NCBI GenBank assembly: GCA_050013395.1 | Contig: JBEKFI010000008.1 | Span: forward strand, 1-54,852 | Reading direction: 5' to 3' | Origin: Verrucomicrobiia bacterium | GTDB lineage: Bacteria > Verrucomicrobiota > Verrucomicrobiia > Palsa-1439 | DNA: 54,852 bases | In this document: one piece after another, positions 30,079 to 39,964 of the stretch | Position numbering within the stretch: position 1 is the first letter of the stretch | Layout of the letters: the number at the start of each line of letters is the position of its first letter | Position numbers and translations under genes: made by a program | The notes under the pieces: generated by a model | What the model was told of the DNA's origin: nothing | The model's database searches: none | The model's input: the letters and a program-made list of their open reading frames with translations, nothing else

Positions 30079-31185
30079 TTACTTCTTCGGTGGATGTTCG
30101 ATCAGACATTGGACGATTCGTTCCGCAGCCTTTCCGTCCCAAAGTCTCGGCACGCGACCGCGCTTTCCATGACCGTCGAGAATCTTCCGCGCCTCCGCTA
30201 CGATCTTTGCATGGCTCGTCCCGACCAACGTGTTCGTCCCCTCGGTGATCGTGACGGGCCGCTCGGTGTTGTTGCGGATTGTCAGACAGGGAACGCCCAG
30301 GACCGTGGTCTCCTCCTGCACGCCGCCAGAATCCGTGAGCACCAAGGTCGCGCCCGCCATCAGGCAGAGCGAATCCAGATAGCCGAGAGGCTCGACCAGC
30401 TTCAGATTCTTCCAGCCACGCAACTCATCCCAAAACCCAAACTCCTTCATCCGATTGGCGGTGCGGGGATGGACGGGAAACACCAACGCGCAGTCCTTAT
30501 GGATCACTTCCAGTGCGGACAGAATTTCCGCCAGGACTTCTTTCGAATCCACGTTGCTTGGGCGGTGCAGCGTGACAAAGCCGTATTTTCCATCCAACCC
30601 CAAGCTTTGCCGGATATTCGATTTCAAGCTTTCCTGCTTCAGCCGCAGCAACGTGTCGATCATCACGTTGCCCACAAAAAAGATTTTCTCCGACGCAACG
30701 CCCTCCCGTCGCAGATTCTCTTCCGCATCCTCGCTCGTGATGAAGCAGTAGCCGCTGAGCACGTCGGTCACCAACCGGTTGATTTCCTCGGGCATCGTCC
30801 GGTCAAAACTCCTCAACCCCGCTTCCACGTGAGCCACGGGGATGCACAACTTGGCGGCGACGACTGCGGTTGCCATGGTCGAGTTGACGTCCCCGACGAC
30901 CACGACCAAGTCGGCAGGATCGGCAACCAGAAGCTTTTCCATCTCCACCATGATTCTCGCCGTCTGTTCAGCATGCGAACCGGAACCAACCCCGAAATAG
31001 ACGTCTGGCTGCGGCAACTGCAACTCCTCGAAGAACAACTTCGACATGTTGTCGTCGTAGTGCTGGCCCGTATGCACCAGTACCGGGTCGAAATGATCCG
31101 GGTACTTTTGATACTCCACCATCAACGGCGCGATCTTCATAAAGTTGGGCCGTGCTCCGGCGACGTTAACGATTCGCAGTTTCAT
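30079..31185 (-). CDS. wecB: UDP-N-acetylglucosamine 2-epimerase (non-hydrolysing)
   Basis: GARPNFMK, HTGQHYD, HVEAGLRS, TDSGGVQEE, TERP. Confidence 0.96.
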   Translation of the reverse strand: MKLRIVNVAGARPNFMKIAPLMVEYQKYPDHFDPVLVHTGQHYDDNMSKLFFEELQLPQPDVYFGVGSGSHAEQTARIMVEMEKLLVADPADLVVVVGDVNSTMATAVVAAKLCIPVAHVEAGLRSFDRTMPEEINRLVTDVLSGYCFITSEDAEENLRREGVASEKIFFVGNVMIDTLLRLKQESLKSNIRQSLGLDGKYGFVTLHRPSNVDSKEVLAEILSALEVIHKDCALVFPVHPRTANRMKEFGFWDELRGWKNLKLVEPLGYLDSLCLMAGATLVLTDSGGVQEETTVLGVPCLTIRNNTERPVTITEGTNTLVGTSHAKIVAEARKILDGHGKRGRVPRLWDGKAAERIVQCLIEHPPKK

Positions 31186-32197
31186 TCGCTTTGATCAATT
31201 TGGCCAGCGCACAATACATCCACGCCTGTGTCCAGCGCATATAACAAATGCGATTGGCAGACCGACGCCCGCGTTGATACCAGAAGAATCCTCGTTCATC
31301 CCACATATTCTGAAGCGCCCATCGTGCCACGCAATTGGCCTTGTCCAGATTTCCAAAGGCCAGGTACGTCAGAATGCCCTGTGCGGTGCAGTGAACGTCA
31401 AATGGGTAGTCGCTGTTGTGGTAATGGCGCGGCGCAAACTCCGCCGTCCAAAATGTCCGATCCCAAAACCCGAATCCGCGCCGCGCCGCGTCCGCAAAAT
31501 CCGTGTCGCCCGTCGCCGTTTCGTATTCTTTCAGCGCGACAAGATTGAAGCCCGTGTGGTAATTATCAATCCAGTGCTGGTTGCTCGCCTCGCCGTACCA
31601 CCACGAACCGTCGGGCCGTTGCCGCCGGACCGAAAACTCCATGCAATCGCGTCGGCCCAGCAGCGCCGCGCCGATCATATTGACGTTGTGCACCTGTGTG
31701 TCCGAGCTGCCGATGTAGGTGATCCACCGTTCCCCGTCGCGCTCCAGCAGCAAATGCTTTTCGATAAAGCTGACGTCGCACGCTCGACCAAGTTCCCGAA
31801 ACGCTCGCGCGGCGAACGCCGTGCAAATCAGATTCGGTGTGCCGCGCGGCGCAAAGAACGCCCGCGACTGCCAGTCAAACGGATATCCCCAGCCACCGTC
31901 CTTCGTGCGCAACTGCTCCAGCAAATCCAGCAGTTTCAAGTCGCCGCTGCCGATTGCGAACAGTGCCAGCCCCTTCGGGTTCAACGTCGGCTTGATGCCG
32001 CAAAGCGGACGAAAGTTGATGGGGCTGCGCCGATGAAACTGTGTCCACGCCTGCCGAAAGAACTTGCTGTCTGCGAGGGGCGTTGCCTGAAACAAGCGGG
32101 AATTTAGTCCGTCGTAGGGGTCGCAGCCTCTCCAATCGCGCGCGGAGCAAAATTCGTGCAACCGCTGCCAGACTTCGCGCAACCGGGTCGTGTCCAT
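31166..32197 (-). CDS. Conserved polysaccharide-locus protein (helical-barrel-like, function unknown)
   Basis: DPYDGLNS, WGYPFDWQSR, WIDNYHTGF, YMRWTQAW. Confidence 0.75.
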   Translation of the reverse strand: MDTTRLREVWQRLHEFCSARDWRGCDPYDGLNSRLFQATPLADSKFFRQAWTQFHRRSPINFRPLCGIKPTLNPKGLALFAIGSGDLKLLDLLEQLRTKDGGWGYPFDWQSRAFFAPRGTPNLICTAFAARAFRELGRACDVSFIEKHLLLERDGERWITYIGSSDTQVHNVNMIGAALLGRRDCMEFSVRRQRPDGSWWYGEASNQHWIDNYHTGFNLVALKEYETATGDTDFADAARRGFGFWDRTFWTAEFAPRHYHNSDYPFDVHCTAQGILTYLAFGNLDKANCVARWALQNMWDERGFFWYQRGRRSANRICYMRWTQAWMYCALAKLIKANETANR

Positions 32198-32203
32198 GCG
32201 CGC

Positions 32204-34285
32204 TTACAACTCGACGGCTTGCCCCGTCCGGAGCGAACGCACGATGGCAAACGTCGCCCGCGTACTGGCGATGATCTCCTCCAGCGGGATCGGCATCGGG
32301 CCGCCGCTCTTCGCCGCCTCAACGAATCGCCGCACCTCCTCGGCTTGGCCTTTGTCGCGGAAATCCTCCACGATCAGATTCTTTCCGCCGCCAAACGCCT
32401 CAAAGTACTCTTTGACCAGCGATGGGTCAGCGACGTCGAAATAATCAATCGCGCCGACCGACCCGTCCGTAAAGCGCAGCGAGACTTGCACGTTGTCGCC
32501 GCCGAACCCTTGCGCGAACACCCGCGCGGGTTTCGCCCGCGCAGCGAACTGCAGGAAATCAACGAAGTGGCATACCTCGCCGACAATCCGACCGCCGCCG
32601 ACGTCAGGATCATTGACCCAATGATCGCGCGGCAGCGGTACGACGCTGACGCGGTAGCGCATCACCAGCGGCGTGAGAAGCTCGCGCGTCTTCGCCGCGA
32701 AGGGCGCAAACCGACGGTTGAATCCGACCATCAAGCGCGCGTTCTTCGTCTCCTCAATGGTGCGGATGATCTCTTCGATCCCGCCGTGGCGGGACTCGTG
32801 CAAGCAGAGCGGCTTCTCGCAGAAGACCGTCTTGCCCGCCTTCAACGCTTCGCAAACGATCAGCGCGTGCAAATCGTGGCGCGTGGCAATCAGCACCGAG
32901 TTGACCGACTTGTCCGCAATCACCTCGCGCCAATCGGTCGTGCACGTCCCAAACCCAAATTTCTCTCCGGCTTTCTGCGCTTTGACGCCTGTGGCCGTGC
33001 AGACGGCGCGGAGCGTCACGTCGGAATTCGCCCTGAACTGCGGCAGCAAAACTCCCTGCGCATAATTCCCCGCGCCGATCACACCGAGGACAACCGAGGA
33101 GCGTGGGAGCGTCGGAGCGTGAATCGCAGAGCGTCCTTCCGCCTTCCGCCCTCCGCCCTCATCCCTGTATTTAATAAGCACGCCGACAAACCGCTCGCCG
33201 GTTTTGCCCGTGATCAACTCATAAGCTTTCGGCGCATCATCGATGGGAAACGTGTGGGTGATCAGCGGCGCAACATCGATGCGCTGCGACGCCAGCAACT
33301 GCAGGAACGCTTCCATGTTTCGTTGCTCCGTCCAGCGCACGTAGCCGATGGGATAATCCAGCCCCTTTTCCTCGTAAAGCGGATCGTAGCGACCGGGCCC
33401 ATAGCTGCGGGAGAATCGGAAATCGAGTTCCTTGTGATAAAACAGATCGCGCGGCACTTCCATGCCTGTCACGCCAACCATGACAACGCGCCCGCGGTCG
33501 CGGCAAATTTTTGCAGCCAGCACGATCGGTTCGTTCGTTTCCGTCGAAGCCGCGATGATGACCGCGTCCACGCCGAAACCGTTCGTCAGCCCCGCCGCGA
33601 TTCGCTCCACGTCATCGCGCGGGACAACGGCGACTTCGTCGCAGCCGCAACGCTTGGCCAGTTCGCACGCCGCCTCACTCACGTCGATGCCAAGCACGCG
33701 GCAGCCCGCCGCTTTCGCAATCTGCATCGTCAACTGCCCGACCAATCCCAGACCGATGACCGCGATAGCTTCGCCGAGGCGCGCCTCCGCCTGGCGGACA
33801 CCCTGCATGGCGATTGAGCTGAGCGTCGTGAACGCGGCGTGGGCCAATTCCACTCCCTCAGGCACTTTGGCACTTAGGTTCTGAGGCACTGCCACAACTT
33901 CCGCGTGGCTCGCGTAATCCTGTCCCGCGCACGCCACCCGGTCGCCGACAGAAAATCCAGCGACACCTTCGCCGACCTCCAGCACTGTGCCAGCGGTGGA
34001 GTAGCCGAGCATTTTCCACTGATCGAGACGGGACTGCACCCTGCGCATCGTCGCCGCGATTCCCTCGCGCTTGACGGTGTTCAGGACCTGCCTGACCAGA
34101 TCCGGCCGGGAGCGGGCCTTGCCGACCAGCGATTGCTGGGCGAGGCTGACCGTCGCACGTTCCGTCCCTGCGCTGACCAGCGAAAATGCGTTGCGGACGA
34201 GCAGCAAGCCCGGCGCCGCAACCGGTGTCGGCACGTCCACCAACTTGATATCCCCTGTTTTGAAGTCCTGCACGAGCTGTTTCAT
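32204..34285 (-). CDS. Bi-domain oxidoreductase (MDR alcohol dehydrogenase-like plus Gfo/Idh/MocA)
   Basis: SLVSAGTE, SRSYGPGRYD, GYVRWTEQRN, EKPL, GFNRRF. Confidence 0.92.
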   Translation of the reverse strand: MKQLVQDFKTGDIKLVDVPTPVAAPGLLLVRNAFSLVSAGTERATVSLAQQSLVGKARSRPDLVRQVLNTVKREGIAATMRRVQSRLDQWKMLGYSTAGTVLEVGEGVAGFSVGDRVACAGQDYASHAEVVAVPQNLSAKVPEGVELAHAAFTTLSSIAMQGVRQAEARLGEAIAVIGLGLVGQLTMQIAKAAGCRVLGIDVSEAACELAKRCGCDEVAVVPRDDVERIAAGLTNGFGVDAVIIAASTETNEPIVLAAKICRDRGRVVMVGVTGMEVPRDLFYHKELDFRFSRSYGPGRYDPLYEEKGLDYPIGYVRWTEQRNMEAFLQLLASQRIDVAPLITHTFPIDDAPKAYELITGKTGERFVGVLIKYRDEGGGRKAEGRSAIHAPTLPRSSVVLGVIGAGNYAQGVLLPQFRANSDVTLRAVCTATGVKAQKAGEKFGFGTCTTDWREVIADKSVNSVLIATRHDLHALIVCEALKAGKTVFCEKPLCLHESRHGGIEEIIRTIEETKNARLMVGFNRRFAPFAAKTRELLTPLVMRYRVSVVPLPRDHWVNDPDVGGGRIVGEVCHFVDFLQFAARAKPARVFAQGFGGDNVQVSLRFTDGSVGAIDYFDVADPSLVKEYFEAFGGGKNLIVEDFRDKGQAEEVRRFVEAAKSGGPMPIPLEEIIASTRATFAIVRSLRTGQAVEL
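33098..33166. repeat. 8-mer and 7-mer tandem repeats in the interdomain linker
   Basis: GGAGCGTG/C x3, then CCTTCCG-CCTTCCG-CCCTCCG-CCCTCAT. Confidence 0.7.
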
Positions 34286-35628
34286 GGCTTCGCAAATTCT
34301 AGTTGCTCGCGGGTCAATTGCGAAACAATAAAACGAAACTTGCCGCCCGCCGTCCGCTCGATGGCGTCCACGTACTCGAACCGCACCCGCATCGTGTTGC
34401 CGAGCCGTTGACGAGCTTCCGTGAGAACGATTTGTTCATCCAGCGGCGAGTAGCCGTCGGCGCACACAATGCGCAACACAATCTCATCGAGTTGGCTCTG
34501 CACGATCTGCGCCTCGCGCACGTGCTGAACGTCTTTAAACAGGTGATCAAGCCTGCCGATCAGGCGTCCGTCCGGCGTGCGCACGTAATCTTCGATCCGG
34601 CCTTCGATCCGTTCGATCAAAGGAAATGCACAGCCGCAAGCGCAGACGCCGGCCCGCGGTGCAGCTACGTCGCCGACGCGATAGCGAATCAATGGCATCG
34701 CCCGATTGTTCAGTCCCGTGCAAATCATCGTGCCGTCGTCGAGCAACTCCAGCACGCCGTAGTCGGTGCGGTAATGCAAGCCGCCCGCGGCGCACTGGAC
34801 GATGTTGCAGGTCATCTCGCTGTTGCCGTACCAGTTAAAGACCTTTGTGCCGAACGCCTGCTCGATGGCCGCACGTTGAAACTCCAGCAGCATCTCGCTG
34901 GCCGTGAACACCGCGCGCGGTCGAACACGCTTCGCGTCCTTCCCGATCATGTACTGCGCCAGCACGTAAAGCGATGAGGGATAACCGTGCACGAAATCGG
35001 GTGCGAATTTTGCCAGCGCTTCGATGTAGTACGGCAGATTCTGTGGCGCAAGGTGATAGGACGAGCAGAGTAGACGTTTTTCAACGCGATCGACGCGCCA
35101 GAATGGGGGACGTTGCTGATCAGCGGGCACAACCGGATGACCAGACACGTACGCGCTGCTGCTGAGGAACGGCACATCCGCCCAAGCTTTGTGCCGCCAG
35201 CGAAACGCCATTTCCGTCTGGTGGTAATCTTTGCTGAATCTCACGACCAATGGCGTGCCCGTCGTGCCGCTCGTGTGCAACTCCATCAAGTCGCGCGGCG
35301 AGAACTCGTCCGACAGAAACTTCTCTGGTGCCGCAGCGACGGTTTTCTTTTCCAGAATCGGCCAGTCGCTGAGATTGTCGGGTGAAAACTTCTGCTCGCG
35401 GTGATACGGAACGTGCTGCAAGGCATAGACGAGAAGCCGCCTGATGGTTTGCCGCTGGTCGTGCATCAGTTCGTCGCGCGATTTTTTCTCGTTCTGCGCC
35501 AGTCTCTCCAGCATTTCATGGAATACTGGACCGTACTTATGGCGAAAGTTGCGGGAGCTGACGGCGTTGGCCGCCAGTGTTTGTACCCAAACGGGCAGTG
35601 AATCGTAGAGTTTTTTACCGCGAATCAT
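34282..35628 (-). CDS. CapK/phenylacetate-CoA ligase family protein
   Basis: TSGTTGTP, GYPSS, YGNSE, MPLIRYRVGD, IEGR. Confidence 0.9.
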   Translation of the reverse strand: MIRGKKLYDSLPVWVQTLAANAVSSRNFRHKYGPVFHEMLERLAQNEKKSRDELMHDQRQTIRRLLVYALQHVPYHREQKFSPDNLSDWPILEKKTVAAAPEKFLSDEFSPRDLMELHTSGTTGTPLVVRFSKDYHQTEMAFRWRHKAWADVPFLSSSAYVSGHPVVPADQQRPPFWRVDRVEKRLLCSSYHLAPQNLPYYIEALAKFAPDFVHGYPSSLYVLAQYMIGKDAKRVRPRAVFTASEMLLEFQRAAIEQAFGTKVFNWYGNSEMTCNIVQCAAGGLHYRTDYGVLELLDDGTMICTGLNNRAMPLIRYRVGDVAAPRAGVCACGCAFPLIERIEGRIEDYVRTPDGRLIGRLDHLFKDVQHVREAQIVQSQLDEIVLRIVCADGYSPLDEQIVLTEARQRLGNTMRVRFEYVDAIERTAGGKFRFIVSQLTREQLEFAKP

Positions 35629-36962
35629 CGCGTTGACGCTTCGATATGATCCTTCCAGCCGAAATGCGGCTTGAAGTGAAACACTTCGCCGAGTTCAGGC
35701 AGCACTTCGATTTCATTAGGAGAGAAGTCAGCCAATTTGAGGTCGGTAACCTCAAAGGCCTCGCGCAGCATCGGAATCTTCTGCCAGTCGAATCCCATGA
35801 TTCTTGCTCCCACGAAATCAACTGCAACAGGATTCGTGCCCGCAATGAGCACGCCGCACGGCTTGGCGTCAGCTTCCATCGGGCCGTTGCCCTCGCCCGC
35901 GATGATGCCGTCGATGATCGACAAATATCGCAGCGGCTGTTTGCGCGGTTTGCCTTCGCCATCGAAATGAAACAACGCTTTGTTGAGATCGAGCACCATC
36001 CGCCAAGTCGTGTCGTTGCCGTACCAGTTGCCGCTGCGCACGACGGTATTGGTCCCACCGAAGATTCTTGAGCCGACGCGCTTCGCAACCGGCGCCCAGA
36101 GCTTCGCGGCTGCGCCCGTGCGTTTGGCTATCGCCTTGAACGCGCTGATGGCGCGGCTCTGTAGCTTTGTCGCCGCGTCGCTATTAGGAAACTCGTCACC
36201 GCCGTCGTCGGGCGTGCCGATGCAGAAGTGCGGCAGGTAATTCTTGTCACCGTTGATGCCGACAAGATTCTTCAGGCTGAGCGTGACGCCGACCTTCTTG
36301 TGCGTTTTCAGCTTCGGCAGGTTGATGAACACGTCGGCGTCCATCACGCCGCGCGACAGTAAATACTCGTGGGTGCCATTGGAATGATGCGACGCGGTGA
36401 ACGCTGTGTCATAGTCGGCTCCGTAGAACCGCCCGCTCTTGCCGTGGAAGCAGCTTTTGTCGGCGAGATTCACCAGCGTGTAGCCACGCGGGTCTTCGGG
36501 CAGTTTGCGGCGCTCGACAATCACGCCGCGCACGGTGCGCCAAGCCTCGCGCCGTAAATCCAGAACCTCAAATCTCAAATCGGGACACTCACGGGCGAGT
36601 TTGTCGCGGAGCTTCGGAATCTCTGCGCGCTCGCAGATTTTCTCGAAATCGCTGTCGGTCTGCGGAGCGTCGGCGATGGTAATCGTGCCCCGACCTTCCA
36701 ACGCGCTTGCCGCTTCCATCGCGACGGCGGCAATCACCGAGCCGTGCGTAATGATCTGCTCCCATTCATTGGGGCGTTGGGTATGCGCCTGCCGGATGAG
36801 ATTCGGCTTCAGCAGCACGCGCTCACCGGGCTGAACAAACTCAGGCCACGAAACGCCGAGCGTTCCCAAGGCTTGACGGACTGCAGCGCGCAGCAACACT
36901 TCATCATATCGCGACGGCTGGCGAATGACAACGACACGTTTCTGCGTTTTCACTGTTTGCAT
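35625..36962 (-). CDS. DUF362 family protein
   Basis: VLLKPN, INLPKLKTHKKVGVTLSLKNLVG, DGIIAGEGNGP, PVAVD. Confidence 0.9.
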   Translation of the reverse strand: MQTVKTQKRVVVIRQPSRYDEVLLRAAVRQALGTLGVSWPEFVQPGERVLLKPNLIRQAHTQRPNEWEQIITHGSVIAAVAMEAASALEGRGTITIADAPQTDSDFEKICERAEIPKLRDKLARECPDLRFEVLDLRREAWRTVRGVIVERRKLPEDPRGYTLVNLADKSCFHGKSGRFYGADYDTAFTASHHSNGTHEYLLSRGVMDADVFINLPKLKTHKKVGVTLSLKNLVGINGDKNYLPHFCIGTPDDGGDEFPNSDAATKLQSRAISAFKAIAKRTGAAAKLWAPVAKRVGSRIFGGTNTVVRSGNWYGNDTTWRMVLDLNKALFHFDGEGKPRKQPLRYLSIIDGIIAGEGNGPMEADAKPCGVLIAGTNPVAVDFVGARIMGFDWQKIPMLREAFEVTDLKLADFSPNEIEVLPELGEVFHFKPHFGWKDHIEASTR

Positions 36963-37063
36963 TCTAACACATCTCGGGCTTTCGCGACATATCAGCGCCG
37001 CGGCCGCAACAAATCGACAACGGGGAACCGATCAGACCCGCTCGGCGAGTGACTCTAATACCC

Positions 37064-38176
37064 TCATCTTTCTACTACGATTTCCGCCAGGGCCTTTGCC
37101 GCATATTCGACTTGCTCCATTTTCATTTCCGGGAACAACGGCATGCTGAACACCCGGTCGCAGGCGCGTTCGGTGTGGGGGAAAGCGCCGCGCTGGTGGC
37201 CGAGCGCCGCGTAGGCTTTTTGCAGGTGTACCGGCACCGGATAGTGGATCGCGCTTTGCACTCCGCGCGCATCCAGCGCTGTGCGGACGGTATCACGGTT
37301 GTCCACGTACACCACAAAGAGGTGATACACGCACTCATTGCGCGGATCGTCCACGGGGAGTTCCACCCGGTCGTTGGCCAGCAGTTTCCGGTAGAGCTGC
37401 GAATATTCTTGCCGCTTGGCGGTCCATTCGTTGAGGTGTTTCAACTTCACCCGCAAGACCGCCCCTTGGAATCCGTCCATCCGGTAGTTGTAGCCCACAC
37501 GATCATGGAAATACCGCTTGGCTTGGCCGTGATCGCGCATGGCGCGGGCAAATTGCGCTACCCGCTCGTCGTTGGTGGTCAGTGCCCCGCCTTCACCGTA
37601 CGCGCCGAGGTTCTTGCCGGGGTAAAAGCTGAACGCGGCGGACTGGCCGGAACCGCCGACGCGTTTGCCGTGGTACCGCGCGCCGTGGGCTTGGCACGCG
37701 TCTTCGATGACGGTCAAGTTGTGCCGCTTGGCGATATCCATGATCGCGTCGAGATCGGCGGGCCGGCCATACAGGTGCACCGGCAGAATGACCTTCGTGC
37801 GCGGTGTGATCATCTTCTCAATCTGCGCGGGGTCAATGTTGGCGATGGCCGGGTCGATATCGGCAAACACCGGTTTTGCGCCCGTGTAGGAAATCGCTTC
37901 CGCCGTGGCGATGAACGTGTTGGGCGTGGTGATTGCTTCATCGCCCGCCTGGACGCCGGCGGCCAGCAGACCGAGGTGCAAGGCGCTGGTGCCGCTATTC
38001 AAGGCCACGCAGTATTTCGTTTCGCAGTACGCGGCGAACTCCTTTTCAAACTGCACGACCTCTTCGCCGAGGATGAACGCGGCATTGCGACAGACCCGGT
38101 CCAGCGCGGCGCGAATCTCCTCGCGCAACTCGGCGTACTGCGTTTTCAAGTCAAAATAGGGAACATTCATGCTCAT
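37064..38176 (-). CDS. DegT/DnrJ/EryC1/StrS aminotransferase
   Basis: NSGTSAL, PVHLYG, EDACQAHG, SFYPGKNLGAYGEGG. Confidence 0.95.
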   Translation of the reverse strand: MSMNVPYFDLKTQYAELREEIRAALDRVCRNAAFILGEEVVQFEKEFAAYCETKYCVALNSGTSALHLGLLAAGVQAGDEAITTPNTFIATAEAISYTGAKPVFADIDPAIANIDPAQIEKMITPRTKVILPVHLYGRPADLDAIMDIAKRHNLTVIEDACQAHGARYHGKRVGGSGQSAAFSFYPGKNLGAYGEGGALTTNDERVAQFARAMRDHGQAKRYFHDRVGYNYRMDGFQGAVLRVKLKHLNEWTAKRQEYSQLYRKLLANDRVELPVDDPRNECVYHLFVVYVDNRDTVRTALDARGVQSAIHYPVPVHLQKAYAALGHQRGAFPHTERACDRVFSMPLFPEMKMEQVEYAAKALAEIVVER

Positions 38177-38228
38177 AGCCCGTTTCGTTTAGCGAATCTT
38201 ACCTTTCTCCTTGAGGACTTGCCTATAG

Positions 38229-38427
38229 CCTGACTTATTCATGAACTTTTGCGCAACGAACTGCCCCTCACCTTGATCCTCTCCCCGCACGCAGGGCGAG
38301 GAGATTTCCCCTCTCCCTTTCCAAGGGAGAGGGGCTGCCCGCCGAAGCCTCGGCGCAGGCGGGTCAGGGTGAGGGTTCGAGCTGTGACAGACTGTCGAGC
38401 TTTCAAGCGTCTCGTGAATAATCCGGG
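38229..38427 (-). mobile_element. MITE copy C (199 bp)
   Basis: Same termini; ATAG on both sides (CTAT in element orientation). Confidence 0.9.
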
Positions 38428-38985
38428 ATAGAGCACCTCCATCTGCTCCGCGATCAACTGTGTGAGGATCGAAAGATCGTGTGGCGCCAGGTCCCACAGC
38501 ACGTTGGTGTCGTGCTGGAACAGGCCAAGGTTGATGCGGACCGAATCAAAGTAATACAGGTCACCCAGTTCGCCGCTGCTGACGGTCTCCTTCATTCTGC
38601 GCACCGCTCCGGTGTAGATGAAGGTGTGGTCCACCATCAGTACCAGACCCTGGTTTTTCGCCAGGGCCACCAGTTCTTCGCCCTCGGCTACCGACCGGGT
38701 CATGGGCTTCTCGACGAGAACGTGTTTGCCTTTCTCCAAGGCGCGTTTGGCGAGCGAGAAATGGCTGGAGACGGGCGTGGCCACCACGACGGCATCCACA
38801 TCGTCGGCGTTGAACATGTCGTCCACGTTGTCAGTGACTTTGATCGATGGGTAACGCCTCTGCGCCAACGCGCGGCGGTCAGTGCGCTGATCGGCCCACC
38901 GCGTAACTTCGGCACATCGCATTTCGGCAAAGTTCCGCAACAGATTCGGCCCCCAATAGCCGTATCCGATGATGGCAATTCTCAT
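38428..38985 (-). pseudogene. Truncated Gfo/Idh/MocA oxidoreductase
   Basis: GYGYWGPN, EKPM, WDLAPHD, then loss of the C-terminal half and MITE insertion. Confidence 0.85.
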
Positions 38986-39041
38986 TGGCGTGGCAAAATA
39001 TCAGACCGCAAGCTCCGAATTAAAGCAAAAAACGCGCTACC

Positions 39042-39200
39042 TTACTGCAACGCCTCAAACACGGCGGATCATCCGCCGGCCGTAGTGTTAGTGGGTGTAG
39101 TAGGCGGCGGAGCGCTCGCGGTTGGCCTTTCCCATGCGCTCTCGTAGACCGGGGTCATCGGCGATGGTGATCGTGCCGTGTCCTTCGAGCGCGGCGGCGA
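39042..39200 (-). pseudogene. Chimeric remnant: DUF362 stub joined to a GT4 C-terminal stub
   Basis: AAALEGHGTITIAD (cf. ASALEGRGTITIAD in DUF362) joined to DPGLRERMGKANR...YYTH (cf. 46700-46780). Confidence 0.8.
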
Positions 39201-39265
39201 TATCAACAATTGATACTTCACTGGCTTGCAAACTGCGTTCCCACCCCTCATAATATGGCCTTCCA

Positions 39266-39964
39266 ATGAAGGCTGTCATCTTAGCCGGGGGTTTGGGCAC
39301 GCGATTGCGGCCGTTTACAGAGATCATTCCGAAGCCGTTGCTGCCGATTGGTGAGAAATCGGTGCTGGAAATCCAGATCGGACACCTCAAGAAGTACGGG
39401 TTTGACGACATCTTCCTGGCAACGAACTACAAAGCTGACTACCTCGAACGCTTTGTCGGGGACGGCTCCCAGTATGGGGTGCGCCTCACCGTTAGCCGGG
39501 AGACGGAACCCTTGGGCACCGCCGGGCCGCTGACGTTGTTGCAGGACAAGCTGACCGAGCCGTTCGTCGTGATGAACGGCGATATTCTCAGCCTGCTCGA
39601 CTTTGCGGCGTTCTACCAGTTCGCGCTGCAGCAGCAGGCGTGGCTGACCATTGCCATCCACCGGCACATTACTCCGTACGCGTTCGGCGACATTTTCTTC
39701 GACGGGGATCGGGTCACGGGAATCGAGGAGAAGCCGAACATTGTGAAGTTCATTCTCGCCGGCATCTACGTGATGCGGCCGGAGATTTTCACCGTCATTC
39801 CACCCAACACCTACGTTGGCATGGATCTGCTGATCAAGGAGATGTTACGACGGAATCTTCCGGTCGTAAAACACGAGATGAAAGAATACTGGCTGGATAT
39901 CGGGCAGCCTGGCGATTACGCGCAAGCTCAGGAAGATGCCAAGAAAGGGGCGTTCGCATTCTGA
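39266..39964 (+). CDS. Sugar-phosphate nucleotidyltransferase
   Basis: LAGGLGTRLRP, PKPLL, EPLGTAG, NGD, WLDIG. Confidence 0.93.
   Translation: MKAVILAGGLGTRLRPFTEIIPKPLLPIGEKSVLEIQIGHLKKYGFDDIFLATNYKADYLERFVGDGSQYGVRLTVSRETEPLGTAGPLTLLQDKLTEPFVVMNGDILSLLDFAAFYQFALQQQAWLTIAIHRHITPYAFGDIFFDGDRVTGIEEKPNIVKFILAGIYVMRPEIFTVIPPNTYVGMDLLIKEMLRRNLPVVKHEMKEYWLDIGQPGDYAQAQEDAKKGAFAF

Noticed and set aside
29905-33817. Long plus-strand ORFs (429, 320 and 553 aa) opposite wecB and its neighbours
   Set aside because: Antisense shadows of well-supported minus-strand genes
38189-38497. Small ORFs containing PHPDPPAPRLRR (also at 49047 and 53161)
   Set aside because: Translations of the MITE sequence, not an independent protein family
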